From: a phage
Strand: one strand, 5' to 3'
Length of the DNA: 64,000 nucleotides
Sequence record: PZ445498.1
Both the position numbers and the translations under genes were made by a program. This document shows, in pieces, positions 54,683-64,000 of this stretch. Within the stretch, counting starts at the first letter, position 1. The number at the start of each line of letters is the position of its first letter. The notes beneath the pieces are model-generated. The model was not told where the DNA came from. It did not search any database and was given only the letters and a program-made list of their open reading frames with translations.

Positions 54683-55494
54683 GTCGCCAAAACGTCGCCT
54701 ATTGCGTCAAGTTATTTTGTGCTGTGGATAGCTTTGTGCATAACCTAAATGATAGTGGTTCTCACTTAGCCCGATAGTTTCTCATAGTTATTATTTCTCA
54801 TTAATTTATGTGTATATTATATATTATGAAATAGTTAGTTGGCTAATAGATTTTTAGAGTATTAATAGTCTGCTAACTGTTTCGGCTGTTACAATCCACC
54901 AGCGTGATTATCATCCTAGCGATTATTAGTCTGCTAATGCTCTGATGCACGTCCAGACTTATTTGTCAATGAAAAATAACAGCAGAAAATACTTTTTTGA
55001 AAAATCAAGTGGATAACTCATTAAATTTCATTTTTGCTTTTTGTATAAGTTATTAACAGGGTCTAAAACGCTCTGTAACGCATTCTAAGCGCCTCAAAGG
55101 AAAAGATAGGCAATCATAAGGGGTACACCGAGAAAACCTCACCACGAGGATTTTAGATTTTGTCAAGTACCCTAGAGCAGATATAAATGAAAAAATTACT
55201 TGCTAAAATGGTTGTTTTGGTGTTATTCGCGCGCCCGTTTCATTAAATTTAATGCGCCGCTGGACGTTTGCGAGTAGTGGTTTTCTTTACGTTTCTTTAC
55301 AAAAATACGCTTGCGCCCTTCTCGGTATTCTCCTATTATTTATCACGTAGGGCGGCAATGACGAACTACACGGCGGGGATAACAGCGATTGACAGTCTGT
55401 TTGACCTTTCAAAACCCTGCCATGCTCTTTAAAAATTAGGGAACATCTTAAAGCCTATCGGCGGTAAACTTAGATATTATAAGGAATCGACGAT

Positions 55495-55704
55495 ATGAAA
55501 CAAACGCTTTTGATCACTGGCAAGCCTATCAAGTCGCTTGATAGCAGAACAAAAAATTTGTTGACAGTAGCGCAACGATCTGTAAAATACAGATTCAAGC
55601 AATACAAGAAAGGCAAGCAACAAGGGCTGGAAATGGTGTGGCGTAATATAATGATTGATTTATATAACTCCCATCAAATCGAAAAAAGTTTAAAAAACGA
55701 TTGA
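55495..55704 (+). CDS. hypothetical pre-early protein
   Basis: 69 aa, basic. Confidence 0.45.
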   Translation: MKQTLLITGKPIKSLDSRTKNLLTVAQRSVKYRFKQYKKGKQQGLEMVWRNIMIDLYNSHQIEKSLKND

Positions 55705-55870
55705 CACGCTAGCCGATAGGTTTTAAGATGTTCCCCGTAGTAACTGCTCTTTAACAATTTGGAAAAACGGTAATGTTTAGGCTAACTCCTAGCGGATTAT
55801 AATCTAATAGCGTTTCAAAGTATCGAGGCGCTATTGTGGAATAATCCCCCAATAAACCGGAGTATTAAAA

Positions 55871-56122
55871 ATGCAAAACGTTATCACCGCACCGAAAGTA
55901 GGTCAATCCGTTTTTATTCCTTTCGTTACTAAAACGGATGAATTAACTGGAAAAGCTGAACGTATTAAAGGTGCGGCGCTTGATCCCTTTGATAAAATTG
56001 AAGCGGTCTATGCGGAAACGGAACGCAGTAATCACGGCAAGCCGATTTATAACGTCCGTGTTAAATCTGGCGACGTTGTAAAGATCATTCAGAAGGATGA
56101 TAAATGGCAAGCCATAGCATAA
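55871..56122 (+). CDS. hypothetical pre-early protein
   Basis: 83 aa, ggagta RBS. Confidence 0.5.
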   Translation: MQNVITAPKVGQSVFIPFVTKTDELTGKAERIKGAALDPFDKIEAVYAETERSNHGKPIYNVRVKSGDVVKIIQKDDKWQAIA

Positions 56123-56222
56123 ATTAGTGTTACTTTTATATTCCCCTGAAATATGGGGAATATATGGATTAACATTAGTTAATCATAATCCCTTAATTAA
56201 TAATTGAATGGAGTATTAAATT

Positions 56223-56639
56223 ATGTCTAACGTTAAAACCGAAAAAACCGCAAAATTTTCTTGGAACGAAGAAAACACCGAAAAGGCTGTTTCTATGTAT
56301 TCTGAAATGGTCGCTAAAAGCGGAATTGAATTTGCTAACACTGACGGCTTAAAAGAAATCGCCGCCGCCGTTGGCGCGGCGTCCCCTGTCTCTGTACGTT
56401 CTAAACTGACCAGCGCAAAAGCATACCAGAAAAGCGACAAGCCGCGCAAAGTTGGCGGCGGTAGCTCAATCCGTAAAGCTCACTATGTGCGCGTTATCGC
56501 TAAACACGCCATTGATTCAGGCATTATCAAAGACGCCGATGATCTGGCAAGTTTGGAAAGTGCAAAACTGGAAACGCTGGAAGCCGTGGCGCAATTGTTA
56601 GGCGTTGCCGATGAAGTAAAACAGGCCGCAGGCGAATAA
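56223..56639 (+). CDS. hypothetical pre-early protein (about 15 kDa; possible A2-like)
   Basis: 138 aa; host-like codon usage; size and position next to the A1-like gene are the only basis for the A2 suggestion. Confidence 0.5.
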   Translation: MSNVKTEKTAKFSWNEENTEKAVSMYSEMVAKSGIEFANTDGLKEIAAAVGAASPVSVRSKLTSAKAYQKSDKPRKVGGGSSIRKAHYVRVIAKHAIDSGIIKDADDLASLESAKLETLEAVAQLLGVADEVKQAAGE

Positions 56640-56672
56640 ATTTAATCAGCGGGGAATATTCCCCGCTATAAT
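56640..56672 (+). terminator. hairpin after the pre-early 138-aa gene
   Basis: cagcgggg-aatatt-ccccgctat. Confidence 0.45.
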
Positions 56673-56678
56673 TTCCCT

Positions 56679-56894
56679 TTGACCGGAGTTATTAAAATGA
56701 TCTTCTTTCCTAGTGAATCCCTCATTCTAGGCTTGTTTATTATGGCGGCCTCATTATTATTCGCTTATTTTCAAAATGATTTAGATTCATATTATTTTAA
56801 GCGTAAATCTAAATTCGCAAAGAGTTTAGGTCTTATTTGTTTTATTGCCGCCGTTGCTCTTGGTGTAAGTTCTAGCCTAATGCCGATTAGTTAA
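56679..56894 (+). CDS. small membrane protein
   Basis: 71 aa, two TM helices. Confidence 0.45.
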   Translation: MTGVIKMIFFPSESLILGLFIMAASLLFAYFQNDLDSYYFKRKSKFAKSLGLICFIAAVALGVSSSLMPIS

Positions 56895-56991
56895 ATGTTG
56901 CAAATTATAACGCTGTAAATAAACGGCGTTATATTTGGCAATATTGCCAGCTTTAAAATGTTTTAAATCCCTTTAATGGAGTTAAATTAAT

Positions 56992-58656
56992 ATGAATATT
57001 TCCGCAGAAAAACAGTCTCAGATCACTAAACTTGCCGCTGATTTTAATTTCTACGGTAAGCGTTTACGCGCTACCAAACTTGAAGTTTGCGACGATATTT
57101 CAAAAGCTGTTTATGTTACGCCGAAACATTCAACGTCAATTTGTGACTGGCTGGAAGCAAATAAACCAGCGAAACCGAAAGCGGCAAAAGCCGAAAAGGC
57201 GATTAAAAACGATGATCGCCCAGAGGCGGCGGGAATTGTTTCTAGCACCGTTGAGCAATGGGAAGTTAAATCCGGTAAACGCTTTATTATTACCTCGATT
57301 CAGAATAATACTTTCCCGCATAAAAACTTTTTAGCAAGTCTGGAAAAATTCGCTGAATATATCGGCGCTGAATTGCTAATCAGTAAATTCATTTATAATA
57401 AAAATGGATTCCAGAATGGGGAAGGCGGCGAAAAAATCAAATATGATCCCGCATTTGACAAATATATTTGCGAGAAAAACGTATTTTTAAATAACCGCCG
57501 CTTTGCTTTCATGGCTGAAATTAACGTTTTGCCAACGGCTGATTATCCGCTTTCAGGATTCGCAGAAACCGCCACCGCTTTAAATATCGAAGGTCTGGCA
57601 ATTGGTCACGCAAAAATTACCGCTGAAAGTGTGCCAGCGTTAAAAGGTGAAGTAGTACGCCGTATGTACTCCACCGGAACGGCTACACTTAAAAACTATA
57701 TTCAGCAGAAAGCAGGTCAAAAAGCTGAGGCGCTGCATAATTTCGGCGCTTTGCTGGTAGAATTTGACGACGACGGCGAATTTTTTGTTCGCCAGCTTGA
57801 AACAATGGACGAAAGCGGAATGTTCTATGATTTGAATGTTTGCGCTATACCAACCGGATGTTTCAAAACATCTGATCATGTTTTAGGCTTGCAATATGGC
57901 GATATTCACGCCGAAAAATTAGATGATGATTGTGCCGTTGCGTCATGGGTGGGCGAAAATAGCTTGCTTGATATTCTTAAACCAAAATATCAGTTTATCC
58001 ATGATGTGCATGATTTTACATCGCGCAATCATCATAATCGCGCCTCTGGTGTATTCCTAGCTAAACAGTATGCCGCCGGACGTGACAAAGTTATTGACGA
58101 TCTCATTGATACCGGTCGCGTGTTGGAGTCAATGGAGCGCGATTTTTCTCAAACAATCATCGTGGAATCCAATCATGATCTAGCGTTATCCCGTTGGCTT
58201 GATGATCGTAATGCTAACATTAAAGACGATCCAGCCAACGCGGAACTATATCACAGCCTAAACGCTGCGATTTATGCGGCTATTGCAAAACAAGATGATA
58301 CCTTTAACGTATTGGATTATGCGCTTAGAAACGTTGCAGGTTGCGAATTTAACGCTATTTTCCTGACTACTGACCAATCGTTTAAAATTGCAGGAATTGA
58401 ATGCGGTGTGCATGGTCACAACGGCATTAACGGCAGTCGGGGCAATCCTAAACAGTTTAAGAAGTTGGGACGCCTCAACACTGGCCATACTCACACGGCG
58501 AGCATTTATGGCGGCGTGTATACCGCTGGCGTTGCTGGTAGTCTCGATATGGGTTACAACGTTGGCGCTAGTAGCTGGACGCAAACGCATTTAATTACCT
58601 ATGCAAACGGGCAACGTACTTTGATTGATTTCAAAAACGGTAAATTCTTTGCATAA
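56992..58656 (+). CDS. A1: A1-like pre-early protein with C-terminal metallophosphoesterase (Mre11/SbcD-like) domain
   Basis: 554 aa; GDIHAE, ESNHD, GVHGHNG and GHTH motifs in the C-terminal half; size matches my recollection of T5 A1. Confidence 0.65.
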   Translation: MNISAEKQSQITKLAADFNFYGKRLRATKLEVCDDISKAVYVTPKHSTSICDWLEANKPAKPKAAKAEKAIKNDDRPEAAGIVSSTVEQWEVKSGKRFIITSIQNNTFPHKNFLASLEKFAEYIGAELLISKFIYNKNGFQNGEGGEKIKYDPAFDKYICEKNVFLNNRRFAFMAEINVLPTADYPLSGFAETATALNIEGLAIGHAKITAESVPALKGEVVRRMYSTGTATLKNYIQQKAGQKAEALHNFGALLVEFDDDGEFFVRQLETMDESGMFYDLNVCAIPTGCFKTSDHVLGLQYGDIHAEKLDDDCAVASWVGENSLLDILKPKYQFIHDVHDFTSRNHHNRASGVFLAKQYAAGRDKVIDDLIDTGRVLESMERDFSQTIIVESNHDLALSRWLDDRNANIKDDPANAELYHSLNAAIYAAIAKQDDTFNVLDYALRNVAGCEFNAIFLTTDQSFKIAGIECGVHGHNGINGSRGNPKQFKKLGRLNTGHTHTASIYGGVYTAGVAGSLDMGYNVGASSWTQTHLITYANGQRTLIDFKNGKFFA

Positions 58657-58708
58657 TTAAATTTAATCGGCGGTTGAAATATGCCGCCATTAATAAAAGG
58701 ATAATTAA

Positions 58709-58987
58709 ATGACGATTAAAATTAATCTTCCATCTAGTAAAAATATGTCTGATACATATGCCATTGATAATATCGGGCATGGCACTGTATACCGTAATAT
58801 AAAAGATGGTGACTGTTATATTTATCAAAATCCGATAAATGGTCATTCTTATATAATTGAATCAGGGGATTTTTATTCCTTTGAAACTGATTATGAGGCG
58901 AGGGATTATTTGCAGGAACAAGATATTCCCGATGTGTGGAAAGAAACAAATTTAAACTTTGTTGTAAGTTTAGAAGTCAATAAATAA
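58709..58987 (+). CDS. hypothetical pre-early protein
   Basis: 92 aa. Confidence 0.5.
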   Translation: MTIKINLPSSKNMSDTYAIDNIGHGTVYRNIKDGDCYIYQNPINGHSYIIESGDFYSFETDYEARDYLQEQDIPDVWKETNLNFVVSLEVNK

Positions 58988-59023
58988 ATTAATCCCGTAA
59001 TTAAATAATCTGGAGTCATAAAC

Positions 59024-59416
59024 ATGAAAAACCAAAACATTCCTTTTGATCGCGCTACTTCTTCCATCGTTCTAGTTTACTCTAATGGCGAACGTTATCA
59101 CGTCGAAGCGGGGCAAGTTAATTTTGATTTGCTGAATTATAACGCCGCTTTGCAGGTTACTACCTTTGCTTATGATACCGGCAAAGTGGCAAGCCATACG
59201 AAAGCAAAAGGCGTTTACGCTGATACTTTGACAGTGCAAACAATTATTATTGACGCTGTAAAATCAGGTCTAGCGTTTGCAGTTGTCGCGCCATGCCCCG
59301 CTTGCCTTGATAATGCTCTTATGTCTGCAAAGGTCTACACTTGCGCGGGGATTCGTTCCAGCGTATCAGGTGAGGATATTAGTTTTATCGCTGATGCGTT
59401 GGCGTATGGTCTTTAA
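59024..59416 (+). CDS. hypothetical pre-early protein
   Basis: 130 aa, followed by a hairpin at 59437-59462. Confidence 0.5.
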   Translation: MKNQNIPFDRATSSIVLVYSNGERYHVEAGQVNFDLLNYNAALQVTTFAYDTGKVASHTKAKGVYADTLTVQTIIIDAVKSGLAFAVVAPCPACLDNALMSAKVYTCAGIRSSVSGEDISFIADALAYGL

Positions 59417-59436
59417 TAGTTAATTTATTATTACCC

Positions 59437-59462
59437 GCTTATAAATAGCGGGTAATGCTGAA
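59437..59462 (+). terminator. hairpin in the pre-early region
   Basis: acccgcta-taaa-tagcgggt. Confidence 0.45.
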
Positions 59463-59492
59463 TTAACTACCCTTAAATGGAGAATGTAACAA

Positions 59493-60197
59493 ATGAATCA
59501 AGTCAACATGAATATTACCCGCGCTTTCCCGCATATTTCCCGCGTTATGATTTGGGATTTAGACGGAACGATTATAAATTCTTTCCATCGTGTAGCGCCT
59601 TGTTTTGATGGCAACGGTAATTTAGATTTAGCTAAATATTCCCGTGAAGCCTGCAAACATGATTTAATTATGCAGGATTCTTTATTGCCGTTGGTTGAAT
59701 ATATGCGCCAATGTATGAATGATGCAAATACTTTAAATATTATTTGTACCGCGCGCCTTATGTCTAAAAGCGCTTACTTTTATTTGCGTAAACAAGGCTT
59801 GCGAGGGCGCGGAAATAGCAATATCCGCGTATTCTCCCGCGATACATTACACAAATACTTTGAAGCGGATAAGGTTAGCGAAATATATCATAGTAAAGAC
59901 GCTGTATACAAAAGCTATTACTTTGAACTATTTAAACAGCTATATCCGAACGCTGATTTTACGATGATTGATGATCATAAAGGCGTATTATCGGCGGCGG
60001 CAAGTGCTGGATTCAAAACACTGGACGCCCAAGCCGTTAACGATATCCTATCAATCGGCGTAGCATTGATCGGTGAAACCTTTATTGATGAATCGTTAGA
60101 TGATGATAACGATTATCAATTCCTAGCCGAACGTTTAAAAATGTGTTGGGAAGGTATGACCGAGGAAGAACGCGCGGAATATAGTACCACACCGTAA
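59493..60197 (+). CDS. dmp: HAD-family 5'-deoxyribonucleotidase (dmp-like)
   Basis: HAD motif I VMIWDLDGTIINS; position in the pre-early block as for T5 dmp. Confidence 0.6.
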   Translation: MNQVNMNITRAFPHISRVMIWDLDGTIINSFHRVAPCFDGNGNLDLAKYSREACKHDLIMQDSLLPLVEYMRQCMNDANTLNIICTARLMSKSAYFYLRKQGLRGRGNSNIRVFSRDTLHKYFEADKVSEIYHSKDAVYKSYYFELFKQLYPNADFTMIDDHKGVLSAAASAGFKTLDAQAVNDILSIGVALIGETFIDESLDDDNDYQFLAERLKMCWEGMTEEERAEYSTTP

Positions 60198-60390
60198 CAA
60201 TTCATTGATAAATTAAAAGTTGCCTAACAATTAAAAATAAAATAGTCACACTGTGTAATGATAACATGGTGTGACTATTAGCTTGCTAAGTACCGGGGCG
60301 GTAATGAGACTCATTCTCATCTAGGGAACCTCTGGGCCCACCTTCATGTGTAATCTTATGAGATTTCGAGAATTGGTAATTAGCGCTAAC

Positions 60391-60636
60391 TTAGGAGGAA
60401 CACCGGTCTACCGGCTTGTCTCCTGATTCTGACATACGAAATCTCCTCCGCGACGCCCGAGATCCATCCGACCACTCTCGCTCAAACTCCGCACGTTTCT
60501 CCGCAAACCTCCGCTCTCTTTCCGAAAGCTCCCGCGATACTCCCGCAACATATTCACGATGTTTGTTAATCGCCCCGAGTGTTCCGAAGATTCCAGCAAG
60601 CACCCCGATAATGAAGATAGCTACAAAGCTAAACAT
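60391..60636 (-). CDS. small membrane protein
   Basis: 81 aa; N-terminal TM helix then charged tail. Confidence 0.4.
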   Translation of the reverse strand: MFSFVAIFIIGVLAGIFGTLGAINKHREYVAGVSRELSERERRFAEKRAEFEREWSDGSRASRRRFRMSESGDKPVDRCSS

Positions 60637-60823
60637 CTAATTCCCTCTCAAGTTGGTGAATACGTGCCCGATCATTACGTTGGGAGTCCAGTAATTTATC
60701 CATATTAATATTCAGCTGGGTGACTTTATCCTCTAGCCGCTGTATGCGATTACGGTGTGACGTCATATATCCAACAATCCAGACAAGCCATACTACAAGT
60801 GTAATAAGTCCTAACCAATCCAT
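60629..60823 (-). CDS. small membrane protein with coiled coil
   Basis: 64 aa; TM helix then coiled coil. Confidence 0.4.
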   Translation of the reverse strand: MDWLGLITLVVWLVWIVGYMTSHRNRIQRLEDKVTQLNINMDKLLDSQRNDRARIHQLERELDV

Positions 60824-61032
60824 TATTTATCTCCCCGCAGCTTACGTTCTATACGAGCTAAATGGTTATCTAAGATGCACTGCCCGATAATTACCACAAC
60901 TAGTAATGCAATAATCACTACTTCCATTATAACCACCCCGCCATAGCCGCTAACCAAAAGAGTACAAAGATAAAGAATAACACAGTTCCGAATCCGAAAC
61001 TATTTATCCAACTTTCGTACACTTCCCCACGT

Positions 61033-61311
61033 CTATTCTTTCTTCTGTCGTCTGACATCTCTTTGCTTCTCCTGTAGTCCTGGTATTTGGAATATCCTAG
61101 CAATTGCACGAACCATTATGACTGTCCCGATAAGATCCATTACTTCATCGAAGCAGGCTTCTTCTAGTAAGAAGGATGTTCCCATCACGTCTTCTATTGT
61201 ATCTTCTATGACGTCTTGAATGATTTCGTTAATTGCATCATGTATTGCTTTAGTCCTGGGATCTATTTCAAAGTTAACAGGTTCCTGAAAGGACTTTTCT
61301 TCATCTTGCAT
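61033..61311 (-). CDS. hypothetical acidic protein
   Basis: 92-aa ORF. Confidence 0.4.
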   Translation of the reverse strand: MQDEEKSFQEPVNFEIDPRTKAIHDAINEIIQDVIEDTIEDVMGTSFLLEEACFDEVMDLIGTVIMVRAIARIFQIPGLQEKQRDVRRQKKE

Positions 61312-61385
61312 TGTGTTTGCTACCTGTACCTCATCCCAGAAATAAAAATTTTTGTTTACTTCGAGATCTTTTTAATTTATACTAA

Positions 61386-61652
61386 TTACAAGTATCCAGA
61401 TTGTTCAAGATTAAATTTACAATCACCGTATTTTAAGTCGAATTGTGATAAGTCCCACCAACCGAATTTAGTACGCATCTGTACTTTAGGGAAACGATAT
61501 CCTACTTCACGAACATCTCGGATTGTTAAGCTATAGTGCTGTGCTCCGGTAGCCCATGAAGTTTTTACATAGGCTACACAAAATGGTTTAGGTTGTGGTG
61601 CACATCCAGACAACATCGTTACAGCAGCTAAAGCGATTAGTAATTTTTTCAT
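61386..61652 (-). CDS. llp: Llp-like lipoprotein (receptor-blocking superinfection-exclusion candidate)
   Basis: MKKLLIALAAVTMLSGC lipobox; small protein divergently transcribed from the receptor-binding protein gene, as described for T5 llp/oad. Confidence 0.6.
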   Translation of the reverse strand: MKKLLIALAAVTMLSGCAPQPKPFCVAYVKTSWATGAQHYSLTIRDVREVGYRFPKVQMRTKFGWWDLSQFDLKYGDCKFNLEQSGYL

Positions 61653-61735
61653 TTTAGTTCTCCAGTTCAATTTATAAATATATTATAACAAAATAATAGG
61701 AACAGAGCAACTACATTTTTAACTTAGGAGATTAT

Positions 61736-63508
61736 ATGGGTTTTTTCGCAGGAAAGTTTAGTGATGGTAAAACAGTGTTATCACTAACAAATAATAATGG
61801 TGGAGACACCAATGAGCATTACAGTCCTGGGGGTAACACAATATTTCACTCTGATATGCCCTTCGTTCTAGTAGATGGAACATATGAGGCTGCTCTAGGT
61901 AACGCTGGTAATGGATATTTTGTTTGTGCGATGCCCCCTGATATCATTAATATGAAGTCTAATGATCCTGGTAGAGTAATCCTTACTGCTATTGAGATTA
62001 ATGGTACACATAGGGGATTTCTAAACGGTACACAATCGCAGGTAGGTCAGTATCTTACTTTTGCAGAAGAGCCCTCACGAGCATTTGCTGCTGTAGGACT
62101 AAGTTCCGCCTTTGCTATTGGGGATAGTTTAGCTAGTGGTACTTATATATACAATAGTTCAATAGGTCATGAAGAATCTATAGCACGTCAAGGTACAGGG
62201 GGTACACTAATTCAGGGTTCTGATTTTGGTATAGTAAGGCCAGGTGGCTTTGTACCTGCAGGCGAAGCTATTGCGGGAGCTTATGACTTACTAGGCTTCC
62301 CTAAAGGGTCTAGTACTGTACCTTTGGATGGCGGAAATGCTAAATACTGGGATCCTAACTGGTATAACCCTATTGGGTCTGCCGGTAGGGGGCATAATCA
62401 TTTTTATGTATGTAGCTCTAACATTCGTAGCTACATCGGAAAGAAAAGAGAAGTTCCTGCGAATACCAACGTATTCTACAATCCCAGTAAACTAGTTTAC
62501 GCATGTAGAGGGTCCGCTAGTAACATGGCTAGTCAGTCTGTTAAGACCGTTTATGTTCAGGATTGGTATAATATCACTCCGACTAAAGTTATTTGGTATG
62601 TACTGAATCTACGTTACTCAAATGGTAATATAAGTGTTTCTGGAACCCCATTTACTGGCTCTGATATTCTTATATCTCCTTCAAACTTTACTATTAAAGG
62701 AGTTAGTCTCCCTAACACTGGATATAAGTTCATTAACCAGAATGCTTTTGGAAACTTGGGTTATCGTCCCGATATGGAGTATGTGGGTAATAATGCCGCG
62801 TATACTGGAGTTTTTGGCGATACAACCGCCAGATGTGAGTTCATTGGGTCTAATAATGGTAGTCTATGGTCCCCTGTAAACTATGGTGGTGCTGCCTCCC
62901 AGATTAGTATCTACAAATTTAACGCAGGTAAGCAGTGGTACGTAGATACTAATACTAACTCTATTGGTAATGAACATGGGGCTGTGTGGAGTCCAAGTAC
63001 AGTTCCTCTCCGATTATTTCCAAATAACGTGGCTAGTACATATGTTGGAGATGATATTACTCCTTCATACCCCGGTACTGGAGATTACTATCTTCCTCTA
63101 TCAACTGTTTGGTTAGGGTTACCTAACGCCCATTCTACTATCATCCTAACTAGCGAAGTTATCATGGGTAACATTAATACTGCCGGACAACCAATTCGTA
63201 CGTATGCAGGTATTGCATGGCAGGTACAGGGTAGACGTCAGCAGAGTTATACTGCAGGTGACGGAGTATTCCACCAAATATTGACTTTACCACCCGGACA
63301 TCTAGTACCCTATCATGGGACTTCTTCTTATAGCTATTGGCAAGTATGGGCTAGTAGTTCAGATATGGAGTTTCGTAGAAATGGATATATCTACACAGTA
63401 AAGAACCTTGGTAATGGTAACGTTGAGTTTGGTGTTATTATACATGCTGGATCTCAGGCAGCTGTTTTCTTACCAAGACTACGTGTAACAGTTCAACGCC
63501 TAACCTAA
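61736..63508 (+). CDS. oad: receptor-binding tail protein, pb5-like
   Basis: 590 aa; N-terminus [41 protein letters not shown] resembles the T5 pb5 N-terminus as I recall it; the rest is divergent. Confidence 0.7.
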   Translation: MGFFAGKFSDGKTVLSLTNNNGGDTNEHYSPGGNTIFHSDMPFVLVDGTYEAALGNAGNGYFVCAMPPDIINMKSNDPGRVILTAIEINGTHRGFLNGTQSQVGQYLTFAEEPSRAFAAVGLSSAFAIGDSLASGTYIYNSSIGHEESIARQGTGGTLIQGSDFGIVRPGGFVPAGEAIAGAYDLLGFPKGSSTVPLDGGNAKYWDPNWYNPIGSAGRGHNHFYVCSSNIRSYIGKKREVPANTNVFYNPSKLVYACRGSASNMASQSVKTVYVQDWYNITPTKVIWYVLNLRYSNGNISVSGTPFTGSDILISPSNFTIKGVSLPNTGYKFINQNAFGNLGYRPDMEYVGNNAAYTGVFGDTTARCEFIGSNNGSLWSPVNYGGAASQISIYKFNAGKQWYVDTNTNSIGNEHGAVWSPSTVPLRLFPNNVASTYVGDDITPSYPGTGDYYLPLSTVWLGLPNAHSTIILTSEVIMGNINTAGQPIRTYAGIAWQVQGRRQQSYTAGDGVFHQILTLPPGHLVPYHGTSSYSYWQVWASSSDMEFRRNGYIYTVKNLGNGNVEFGVIIHAGSQAAVFLPRLRVTVQRLT

Positions 63509-63518
63509 AGGAGGATAT

Positions 63519-64000
63519 ATGGCAAATGATGTATTAGTTCCCGATCTAATGTCTCCCGAAGGCATGGATGTTATTGAAGCCTATTTACAGTGCGGTAGTG
63601 ATGTTCCTGCCGCCGCTCGTAGTCTTGGAATGTCCGAGATTGTATTCCGTGATATAATGAATCGTGGGGAAGTTAAAAACTATCTCAACGATATCTTTAT
63701 GGAAAGTGGCTTCCGTAATCGTGACCGCTTATTCGGAGTTCTTGATGAAGTTATCAAGCGCAAGTTGGAAGAACTCGAAGAAACTGGCATGGGTTCTGAC
63801 CAGGATATCATGGATATTCTCTGGAAGGCGCATAAGATGAAGATGGAAGAAATGAAAATGATGGTAGAACTGGAGAAAGTGAAGGCAGCAGCCCGTACTC
63901 CGGCTAACCAGACTAACATTCAGAATAATATTATTGCTGGAAGTGGTGACGAAAACTATATGAATCTTATTACCGCTCTAGCAGGAGGAGGTAAGAGATA
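63519..64000 (+). CDS. hypothetical HTH-containing protein (possible terminase small subunit), 3' partial
   Basis: ORF runs off the window end; [16 protein letters not shown] looks like a helix-turn-helix. Confidence 0.35.
   Translation, partial: MANDVLVPDLMSPEGMDVIEAYLQCGSDVPAAARSLGMSEIVFRDIMNRGEVKNYLNDIFMESGFRNRDRLFGVLDEVIKRKLEELEETGMGSDQDIMDILWKAHKMKMEEMKMMVELEKVKAAARTPANQTNIQNNIIAGSGDENYMNLITALAGGGKR

Overview
The window reads as a 64-kb stretch of a T5-like siphophage genome (Demerecviridae / Tequintavirus-like), assigned by reading the translations and motifs directly; no database search was run. Positions 1-50430 are a plus-strand early-gene region: Sir2-like deacylase (partial), anaerobic and aerobic ribonucleotide reductases (NrdD, NrdA, NrdB), PhoH, dihydrofolate reductase, thymidylate synthase, RNase H, a NadR-like enzyme with a PnuC transporter, dNMP kinase, a ClpP-like protease, holin plus an L-Ala-D-Glu endolysin, a Ser/Thr phosphatase, and an array of about 29 tRNA genes interleaved with five HNH endonuclease genes and many small ORFs. 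At least 25 near-identical promoters (ttgcta-17-tataat with a shared leader) drive these genes. Positions 50431-51800 are a repeat-rich non-coding segment, followed at 52-60 kb by a higher-GC block that matches the T5 pre-early (first-step-transfer) region, with an A1-like metallophosphoesterase and a dmp-like HAD nucleotidase. Its position between the early genes and an Llp lipoprotein / pb5-like receptor-binding protein (61.4-63.5 kb) suggests the terminal repeat is collapsed or permuted in this assembly. The candidates I would look at first are a 1-kb promoter-driven ORF-free region (16850-17875), the repeat and LexA/DnaA-box motifs around the pre-early block, an unannotated leftward pre-early operon, and the NAD+ salvage pair. 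tRNA and promoter coordinates were worked out by hand and may be off by a few nt.
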